Assembly: GCA_035415725.1 (NCBI GenBank)
Contig: DAOOGN010000003.1
Location: 7,776 to 71,775, forward strand
From: Anaerolineae bacterium
GTDB taxonomy: Bacteria > Chloroflexota > Anaerolineae > B4-G1 > SLSP01
Direction of reading: 5' to 3'
Length of the DNA stretch: 64,000 nt
Of this stretch, positions 57,111 through 64,000 are shown in pieces (position 1 is the first letter of the stretch; every line of letters begins with the position of its first letter). Both the position numbers and the translations under genes were made by a program. The notes beneath the pieces are model-generated. The model did not search any database. It was not told where the DNA came from and worked only from the letters and a program-made list of their open reading frames with translations.

Positions 57111-59099
57111 CTACCCCATGCGCACGATCAACGTCTTCGTCGTATCATTCCCCAATATATCAATCACCTTCACCATAATCCGGTACTCACCCGGCGCCTC
57201 GTAGGTATGCGCGGCCTCCAACGCCAGCGATTTATCCTTCCGCGTCCGATACGTCTGCCACATATTGTGGAACGTGTCATCGTGATTATCCCAATCCACA
57301 GCCCAGTAGTCGATCCACTGCGACCAGTGCGAAATGGCCGCCTGCACATCGGCGGGGACATCGTCCGGCGGGATGACGAAATCCGTCAACCGTAACGTGA
57401 CGCCGCGTTTCTTCTGCGCCACGTCCACCGCCAGGGCCGCCAGCTCGAAGAACTTGATGTCGCCTTGCTCCACGGCCTTCTTTTCCAGCACCTCGCGGGG
57501 GATGCGGACGAAGCGCACGTTCAGCTTTGCCAGGGTCGCTTGCTGCTTGGCGACTTCGTTGAGTTCAAAGGCGAAGTCCCACCCCAGGATGTCCACTCCA
57601 TTGACGGTGGGCGCATCCGTACCGCTGCCCACGGCCTTGCGGAATTCCAACGCGATTTGCGTCACGTCGCTGGGACTGATAGGCGCATCCACCGCGCCCA
57701 CGTGGACCATGCGCCCGTTCCTGACTCCGTGCAGCCACACGTACCCCGTGATGGGCCGCGCGTGATACAACTGCAAAATGAAGTTGATGTATGCCTGGTG
57801 GACAGCCGCCGAAGGCTGACCGCTGACGGCTGATGGCTGATCGCTGAACTCCGCTTTCTGCCACGCCTGCCGCTCGTACTTGCCGAGGTTTTGGACGACG
57901 AAGGGCCTGACGCCTGGGATGCCCAACAGCCGCTTGCGCGTGGTATGGATGGCAAACCGCCCAAGGTCGCAGGCGATCCAGCGACGCCCGAGCCTTTCGG
58001 CGACGGCGGGGGTGGTGCCGCTGCCGCAGAAACAGTCGAGGACGAGGTCGCCGGGATTGGAGGAGGCATTGAGGATGCGTTCGAGAAGGGCTTCGGGTTT
58101 TTGGGTTCGATACTCCACTCTTTCAATAGCTTGCGAATTAACTGGCGGTATATCTTGCCAAGTAGTGCTCAGGGGGGTTCCTTTGCTTTCGTCAAGGTAT
58201 CGCTTGTATTGTGCAACACCTTGTTTAGTATAAACAAGGCGTCCTTCGTTATGAAGTTTTTGCATATTTTCCTTAGTGACTCTCCATACTCTCATTACTC
58301 CGTTCCATTCATATTTCAAATTAGGGCGATCTGGATTAGGAGAGATCATATTATCAAGCCGATAACGTCTACCCGTTTCTTCTTCGACAAAAGTATAATG
58401 ACTGTCGACATAATTTTCATTCAAAGATGAATATTGTGGATTCCATATTGGATTTTCTGCTTTTGCATACAAAAGAAGCACATCATGTCCGCCGCTCATA
58501 CCAAGCCTAACATTTGCACGTGGAGCAGATCGCACCCAAACAATTTCGTTTATGAATTGATTTGCTCCAAAAACTTCGTCTAGTACCACTTTTACATAAT
58601 GACCTACATGGTAATCCAAATGCACATACAAACTCCCCTTTTCGTGCAGCAGCTCGCGCAGCAAAATCGCCGTCTCGTAGAACCACTGCAAGTACGAATC
58701 CAGCCCACGGCCCCAGGTGTCGCGGTAGGCTTTCTGTTCCAGGATGCTCGGTTCCTTGACGAAGCTCGGCGTGGGAGCGTCTTCGTCGTCGGGGGATTCG
58801 GGGATCGTCGTGGTGAAGGAGAAGTCCGCGCCCACGTTGAAGGGCGGGTCGATGTAGATGAGATTCACTTCTCCGGCAAACTCGTCGAGCAGCGCGGGGA
58901 GCACGTACTTCTTATCGCCCCAGATCAGGCGGTTGCGCCACTCCGCCGGGCGGCCCGCCGTGAACATATCGAGCATCATCTGCCGCTCCTGCGCGCTCTC
59001 GTTCACCGTCTCCACGGTCTGGAAGGGGAGCTTGAGGCGCAGCGGGGCGACTTTTCTGCCGCTGGCGTCGTATTTGCCGGTCCAGGTGAGTTCGACCAT
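57111..59099 (-). CDS. mod: Type III restriction-modification Mod subunit (beta-class N6-adenine DNA methyltransferase)
   Basis: DPPF ([15 protein letters not shown]) precedes the FxGxG SAM motif ([11 protein letters not shown]). Start taken at the ATG at 59099 with AAGGAG 9 nt upstream; the ORF track extends to a TTG at 59165. Confidence 0.9.
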   Translation of the reverse strand: MVELTWTGKYDASGRKVAPLRLKLPFQTVETVNESAQERQMMLDMFTAGRPAEWRNRLIWGDKKYVLPALLDEFAGEVNLIYIDPPFNVGADFSFTTTIPESPDDEDAPTPSFVKEPSILEQKAYRDTWGRGLDSYLQWFYETAILLRELLHEKGSLYVHLDYHVGHYVKVVLDEVFGANQFINEIVWVRSAPRANVRLGMSGGHDVLLLYAKAENPIWNPQYSSLNENYVDSHYTFVEEETGRRYRLDNMISPNPDRPNLKYEWNGVMRVWRVTKENMQKLHNEGRLVYTKQGVAQYKRYLDESKGTPLSTTWQDIPPVNSQAIERVEYRTQKPEALLERILNASSNPGDLVLDCFCGSGTTPAVAERLGRRWIACDLGRFAIHTTRKRLLGIPGVRPFVVQNLGKYERQAWQKAEFSDQPSAVSGQPSAAVHQAYINFILQLYHARPITGYVWLHGVRNGRMVHVGAVDAPISPSDVTQIALEFRKAVGSGTDAPTVNGVDILGWDFAFELNEVAKQQATLAKLNVRFVRIPREVLEKKAVEQGDIKFFELAALAVDVAQKKRGVTLRLTDFVIPPDDVPADVQAAISHWSQWIDYWAVDWDNHDDTFHNMWQTYRTRKDKSLALEAAHTYEAPGEYRIMVKVIDILGNDTTKTLIVRMG

Positions 59100-59303
59100 T
59101 AGGGTGACTCCTTGTCTAACGGATGAGTCAAGTATATGTTTCCCCCGCTTTTGCGCAAGTAACAAAAAGGAGGACGACTTCCCTGCTCACAAAAAAGTCT
59201 CTCTTTGCGCTCCGTTGAAGCCCCACTGGCTGATTTGCGCATCTCGCGGTTCGCGTATAGAATAACCGCCAGGATCAATTTGCAGTGGCTGAGGGAGTAA
59301 AAT

Positions 59304-60614
59304 ATGTCGAAACCCAAAAACGTCATCATCGCCCAATCCGGCGGGCCGACGCCCGTCATCAACGCCTCACTGCGGGGCGTCATCGAAGCCTGCCAGGCAT
59401 ATCCCAACACGTTCGGTACGGTGTACGCCGGCTTCCACGGCATCGAAGGCGTGCTGAAAGAGGAACTGCTTGACCTTTCCGCCCAACCCGCCGAAGAAAT
59501 CGCGCTGTTGAGCGTCACGCCGGCAGCCGGTTCTATCGGCACGTGCCGCTACAAGCTCAAGGGTAGCCAGAAGGAGGACTTCGAGCGCATGATCGCGGTA
59601 TTCAAAGCGCACAAGGTGGGCTACTTCTTCTACAACGGCGGCAACGACTCGATGGACACAGCGCACAAGGTCGCACAACTGGCGCACGAACGCGGCCTCG
59701 ACTTGATCGCCACGGGCGTACCCAAGACCATCGACAACGACGTGGGCGGCGGATTGGCCGCGGACGGGCAGACCTTCGAGGTGATCGACCATACACCGGG
59801 CTTCGGCAGTGTAGCACGCTATTGGGCACTCACCGTCCAGAACGCCAATGAGGAAAACGCCGGTTCCTGCCCCTCCGATCCCGTACTCGTCTTGCAGGCC
59901 ATGGGACGCAAAATCGGCTACATCCCCGCCGCCGCGCGGCTGGCCGATCCGCACCGCGAGATGCCACTGCTCATCTTCATGCGCGAATCGGGACTGTCGC
60001 TGGAGGCACTGGCGGACGCCGTCAACGACACGCTCAAAGCGCATGGACGCGCCATCGTCGTCGTCAGTGAGGGCTTCAACGTGGGCAGCATCGGCGAGCG
60101 CAAAGACAGCTTCGGCCACACCATGTTCTCTGCCAGCGAGACGACCGTGGAGCAGATTGTGGTCAACTACTTGAACTCGGTGGGATTGGCGGCGCGTGGT
60201 TCGGCGCGGGGCAACGTCCCCGGCACCGACCAGCGCCACGCGATGATCTACGCTTCGACGGTGGACCTCGAAGAGGCGTATCGCGTGGGGCAGAAGGCCG
60301 TGCAGATTGCGGTGGAAGTCGGCGGCGGCTTCATGTCCACCCTCCTGCGGCAGCCCGGCGAACTGTACCAGGTCACTTATGACCAGGTTCCGCTGGAACG
60401 AGTTGCTAACTCCGAGCGCACCTTCCCGGAGACGTGGCTCACGCCCGCACGCACCGACGTGACCGACGACTTCATCCGCTACGCCCGTCCGCTCATCGGC
60501 GACAGTTGGCCCACCATCCCGCTGGTGAACGGGCTCCAGCGCTTTACGCACTTCCACCCGGTTTTTGCTGCCCAAAAACTGGCGGCTTACACACCGCAGG
60601 CATATCGCAGTTAA
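59304..60614 (+). CDS. pfk: phosphofructokinase (PfkA family, long ~436-aa type, possibly PPi-dependent)
   Basis: N-terminal IAQSGGPTPVINA and GGNDS (GGDGS-like) motifs. Confidence 0.8.
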   Translation: MSKPKNVIIAQSGGPTPVINASLRGVIEACQAYPNTFGTVYAGFHGIEGVLKEELLDLSAQPAEEIALLSVTPAAGSIGTCRYKLKGSQKEDFERMIAVFKAHKVGYFFYNGGNDSMDTAHKVAQLAHERGLDLIATGVPKTIDNDVGGGLAADGQTFEVIDHTPGFGSVARYWALTVQNANEENAGSCPSDPVLVLQAMGRKIGYIPAAARLADPHREMPLLIFMRESGLSLEALADAVNDTLKAHGRAIVVVSEGFNVGSIGERKDSFGHTMFSASETTVEQIVVNYLNSVGLAARGSARGNVPGTDQRHAMIYASTVDLEEAYRVGQKAVQIAVEVGGGFMSTLLRQPGELYQVTYDQVPLERVANSERTFPETWLTPARTDVTDDFIRYARPLIGDSWPTIPLVNGLQRFTHFHPVFAAQKLAAYTPQAYRS

Positions 60615-60676
60615 AAAGAAGTGTGTTTTTCTCTGCGAACTGTGGATGCTCTGGGGCTATTTTGGAGGAGTCAATA
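60615..60676 (+). promoter_or_regulatory. conserved promoter/5'-leader cassette, copy C (starts right after the pfk stop codon)
   Basis: AAAGAAGTGTGTTTTTCTCTGCGAACTGTGGATGCTCTGGGGCTATTTTGGAGGAGTCAATAATG. Confidence 0.5.
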
Positions 60677-62326
60677 ATGTCCAAAACATTCCGTAATCCG
60701 ATTCTCCCCGGCTTCTATCCCGACCCTTCGATTTGTCGGGTAGGGGAAGACTACTACATGGTCAACTCGACCTTCGAGTATTTCCCCGGTCTGCCCATTT
60801 TTCACAGCCGCGACCTGGTGCACTGGCGGCAGATCGGACACGCCCTCGACCGGCCTTCCCAACTGCCGTTGGATGGTGTGCGCCCTTCCGGTGGGCTATA
60901 CGCACCGACGATCCGTTATCACGCCGGCACATTTTACATCATCAACACGCTCGTCGCCGGCACAAAAGAGTCCGGCAACTTCATCGTCACGGCGACGGAT
61001 CCGGCGGGGCCGTGGTCGGAACCGTACTGGCTGAAGGATGCACCGGGCATCGATCCATCGCTGCTCTTCGACGATGATGGGCGCGTGTGGTACACCGGCA
61101 ACCGCATTCCTCCACAGGGCGAGCAGTATCGCGGTCACCGCGAAATCTGGCTGCAAGAGCTGGATTTGCCGACGATGCAGCTCGTCGGCGAGAAATACGC
61201 GCTATGGGACGGCGCGCTGCAAGGCAATGTCCATGCCGAAGCGCCGCACCTTTACAAAATCAACGGCTGGTACTTCTTAATGGTGGCGGAAGGCGGCACG
61301 AGCCACAACCATGCCGTGACGATAGCGCGCAGTCAAAACATCACCGGCCCCTACCTCGGCAATCCGCGCAACCCCATCCTCACGCACCGCCACCTGGGAC
61401 AGGACCACCCCATCATCGGCACGGGCCATGCCGACCTCGTGGAGACGCAGAACGGCGCATGGTGGCTGGTCTGCCTGGCGATGCGGCCCTACGGCGGGCG
61501 TCGGCTGGATCGCGGCTTCCTTCCCGATGGCGACCCCAACGAGGATCACTACTTCAACCTGGGGCGCGAGACGTTTATGGCGCCGGTCATCTGGGAGCAC
61601 GGCTGGCCCATCGTCAGCCCCGGCAGTGGCAAAATCGAGTTCGAGTATGCCGCACCGAACCTGCCGGAGCACACCTGGCCCACCCGTCCCGTCTGCGACA
61701 ACTTCGAGGGTGAACGCCTCGATGACATCTGGAACTTCCTGCGCACGCCGCGCGACAACTTCTACAGCCTGACCGAGCGTCCGGGCTACCTGCGGCTCAA
61801 ACTGCGGCCATCAAGGCTCTCCGAGTGGGCCAATCCCAGCTTTGTAGGACGGCGGCAGCAGCACATCCACTTCGCGGCGCGAACCGCCATGGAATTTTCC
61901 CCCGGCGCAACCCATGAAGAAGCCGGACTCGTCCTGTTACAAAACAGTGATTTCCACTTCCGCTTTGTGGTGACGGCGGTATCTGCCGGCAACATCATCG
62001 TCCGCCTGGTCAAACGCGAGCACGGCGCAGAAACCGTCCTCGCCGAACGCGCCGTCTCGGGCAGGCGCATCTACCTCAAAGTTGAGGCGCATGGGCAGGC
62101 GTACAACTTCTACGTTGCGGCCGAGCCAGAAACCTGGCAGCCGGTCGCCGAGAACGTGGACGGACGCATCCTCAGCACTACGGTCGCGGGCGGCTTCGTC
62201 GGTACATATCTCGGTGTCTATGCCAGTAGTAATGGGCAGCCGAGTGCCACCGTCGCCGACTTCGACTGGTTCGAATATGCCGCCATCGATGCCCCGTCCA
62301 TACCCTCTGCGGAAGGTTTGGAATGA
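60677..62326 (+). CDS. glycoside hydrolase family 43 (beta-xylosidase/alpha-L-arabinofuranosidase) with C-terminal beta-sandwich
   Basis: FRNPILPGFYPDPSICRVGEDYYMVNSTFEYFPGLPIFHSRDLVHW catalytic-base region and the EAPH motif. The ORF-track N-terminal extension is rejected in favour of the ATG at 60677 after the leader. Confidence 0.85.
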   Translation: MSKTFRNPILPGFYPDPSICRVGEDYYMVNSTFEYFPGLPIFHSRDLVHWRQIGHALDRPSQLPLDGVRPSGGLYAPTIRYHAGTFYIINTLVAGTKESGNFIVTATDPAGPWSEPYWLKDAPGIDPSLLFDDDGRVWYTGNRIPPQGEQYRGHREIWLQELDLPTMQLVGEKYALWDGALQGNVHAEAPHLYKINGWYFLMVAEGGTSHNHAVTIARSQNITGPYLGNPRNPILTHRHLGQDHPIIGTGHADLVETQNGAWWLVCLAMRPYGGRRLDRGFLPDGDPNEDHYFNLGRETFMAPVIWEHGWPIVSPGSGKIEFEYAAPNLPEHTWPTRPVCDNFEGERLDDIWNFLRTPRDNFYSLTERPGYLRLKLRPSRLSEWANPSFVGRRQQHIHFAARTAMEFSPGATHEEAGLVLLQNSDFHFRFVVTAVSAGNIIVRLVKREHGAETVLAERAVSGRRIYLKVEAHGQAYNFYVAAEPETWQPVAENVDGRILSTTVAGGFVGTYLGVYASSNGQPSATVADFDWFEYAAIDAPSIPSAEGLE

Positions 62327-62420
62327 CGCCTTCAGGTGTCTCTTAGGAGTTAAGAACGGCTGAAGCTGCCATTACCAACGGGAATTTGCGTCAGTCCTAT
62401 TATCCTCAGGAGGTACGCCT

Positions 62421-63470
62421 TTGTTACCCTGGCTCGGAGAACATCTGATTGAAGTCTACGGCCCTTTCCGGTTGTTGACCTCCTATCTTTTTTTGGCGGG
62501 CATCGGCACGGCGCTGGCGGCGGGCCTCACCTGGTTCCTGCTGCCGAAATTGTGGCGCTATCTGCCCACGGATGGCGGCCGCATCCACGCCGTCGGCGCC
62601 CAGGAAAGCAAAGGCAAGCCGGTGAGCGCCGGCCTGATCTTCATATCCATCTTTGTCGGTGTCTGCCTGTTAGTGCTGCCATACCGATGGCAATTTCTCG
62701 GCGTGCTGGCGTGTGTACTGCTCTCGATGCTGGAAGGCTACATGGATGATCGCACGCCGGGCGGATGGGGCGAATATCGCCTGGGGCTGGCCGATTTAGG
62801 CATCTCGTTGCTGGGAGCGCTCATTATCTGCCGAGGTCAAGCCGTGGTGATGTGGCTGCCGCTGTTCAAAACGCCGCTCACCGTTTCACCCTGGGTCTTC
62901 ATCCCCCTGGCGACGGTTCTCTTGTGGTTTACCATCAACGCCACAAACTGCACCGACGGCGTAGACGGTCTTTCGGGCAGTCTTTCCACGCTGGCCTTCA
63001 CCTATCTCGGTGGAATTCTGTACGGCATACTGGGGCATCAGGAGATTTCAGCTTATCTCCTGGTGCCCCATTATCCCGACGGCGCCATCTGGGGCATCAT
63101 GGCCTTCGTGATGGTGGGCGCCTTAGGGGGGTACCTGTGGTACAATGCCAATCCGAGTATGGTTTTGATGGGCGACGCCGGATCGCGCCCGATGGGGCTA
63201 CTGCTGGGGATACTCGTCTTGGCGTGTGGCAACCCCTTCTTGATTTTGGTGGTGGCGAGCGTCGTCCTGGTCAACGGCGGCACAGGGCTGGTGAAAGTGG
63301 CGCTACTGCGTTTCTTCAAAATCGGCATCTTCAAAACCGTGCGCTATCCGCTGCACGATCACTTCCGACAGACAAAAGGCTGGTCGAATACCCAGGTATT
63401 GGTGCGCTTCATGCTTTTGCAGGCCATCGGCACACCGTTGCTGCTGGTTCTGCTGTTCAAAGTGCGTTAA
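62421..63470 (+). CDS. MraY/WecA-family polyprenyl-phosphate N-acetylhexosamine-1-phosphate transferase
   Basis: 10-11 TM helices, and NATNCTDGVDGL (DDxxD-like, NAxNxxDGxDGL) plus MGDAGS motifs. Confidence 0.8.
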   Translation: MLPWLGEHLIEVYGPFRLLTSYLFLAGIGTALAAGLTWFLLPKLWRYLPTDGGRIHAVGAQESKGKPVSAGLIFISIFVGVCLLVLPYRWQFLGVLACVLLSMLEGYMDDRTPGGWGEYRLGLADLGISLLGALIICRGQAVVMWLPLFKTPLTVSPWVFIPLATVLLWFTINATNCTDGVDGLSGSLSTLAFTYLGGILYGILGHQEISAYLLVPHYPDGAIWGIMAFVMVGALGGYLWYNANPSMVLMGDAGSRPMGLLLGILVLACGNPFLILVVASVVLVNGGTGLVKVALLRFFKIGIFKTVRYPLHDHFRQTKGWSNTQVLVRFMLLQAIGTPLLLVLLFKVR

Positions 63471-63538
63471 TTTCTACCATGAATCCACGCCATCCGCTCC
63501 TCTTGCGCGGAAAAGCATGCCGATTCAAGGAGGTTATC

Positions 63539-64000
63539 GATGCTATATCCACTGCGTTTCAAAGAGATTCTGCGGAATTACGATTTTGGCAACCGCTGGA
63601 TCGTCGATGTCTATGAAAAAGAGGGCCTGCCCGCCCATCATCGCCTCGCCGAGACGTGGGAAGTGTGCGACCGGGGAGCGGAGTCGAGCGTCATCATCAA
63701 CGGCCCGCTGGCAGGGAAGACCCTGCACGAGTTGATCGACGAATATGGTGTCGATTTCCTGGGCCGCGACGTCGTCGCCCGTTGTGGAACGCGCTTCCCG
63801 CTGCTCATCAAGTTCCTGGACGCCTCCAACGTCCTCGCCGAACAGGCACATCACAACGACGCGCTGGCGGCGAAGCAGAAGCTATCCGATCCCGGCAAGA
63901 CCGAAGCGTGGTACATGCTCCACGTCCGCGACGGCGCGACCATCCGCTGCGGCAATGTCCCCGGCGCGACCGAGGCCGCCGTCCACGACGCCATCATGGC
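63539..64000 (+). CDS. manA: mannose-6-phosphate isomerase, class I (cupin), N-terminal part; continues beyond the window
   Basis: Own translation MLYPLRFKEILRNYDFGNRW...FPLLIKFLDASNVLAEQAHH... matches the type I PMI signature. No stop before position 64000. Confidence 0.75.

Noticed and set aside
56849-57178. 109-aa ORF (TTG start after AGGAGGA) translating the 20-bp repeat array into SRQSAHSPANPLTLPPIR repeats, antisense to the R-M operon
   Set aside because: The periodic protein is simply the repeat read in-frame. It overlaps the 3' end of mod antisense, and there is no independent support. It is kept only as a remote possibility.

Overview
This is a 64-kb, high-GC (~62-65 %) bacterial chromosomal window with strong GGAGG-type ribosome-binding sites. 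It is possibly Chloroflexota-like (inference from ArnT/PMT-like GT-C proteins with C-terminal repeats, giant BNR proteins and an F420 module; not verifiable here).

About 50 genes are supported, in order: a secreted amidase/FN3 wall hydrolase (partial); an 8-oxoguanine-deaminase-like amidohydrolase; tRNA-Ser(CGA); GtrA plus a GT4 glycosyltransferase; an F420 module (Fno, CofE and a luciferase-like F420 oxidoreductase); UDP-glucose 6-dehydrogenase; an M16 peptidase pair; AcpS; Dtd; a degenerate DprA-like protein; an RpiR regulator; a 1545-aa triple-VWA BatA-like membrane protein; SecD/SecF; an alpha/beta hydrolase; two tandem GT39/ArnT-like membrane glycosyltransferases with repeated C-terminal domains; rubrerythrin; a low-GC islet carrying a VOC protein and a frameshifted class-III nucleotidyl cyclase; a 2066-aa secreted BNR/PKD/C25-peptidase giant protein; ClpB; a GNAT-like protein; a CN-hydrolase; a DksA-like/LspA/RluA-family operon; a thioredoxin-like protein; a LacI-regulated operon (HAD hydrolase, LarA-family racemase, Gfo/Idh/MocA oxidoreductase, 6-phosphogluconate dehydrogenase); a Type III restriction-modification locus; a phosphofructokinase; a GH43 glycosidase; an MraY/WecA-like transferase; and ManA (partial).

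The most interesting candidates for a previously undescribed system are:
- an unusual Type III R-M operon, in which mod is followed by a 12-copy 20-bp minisatellite, a tandem-duplicated GxxExxY (PD-(D/E)xK-like) protein and then res, with an AT-rich TRD segment inside mod;
- a ~60-nt promoter/leader cassette conserved in three copies directly upstream of three carbohydrate genes;
- an ~80-nt structured terminator/sRNA-like element in two copies;
- a REP-like palindrome family in three copies, and a second small palindrome family in two copies;
- a LacI operator of near-ideal lac symmetry, with a perfect 20-bp hairpin in the long 5' region of the LarA-family operon.

No CRISPR array, rRNA or transposase was seen.
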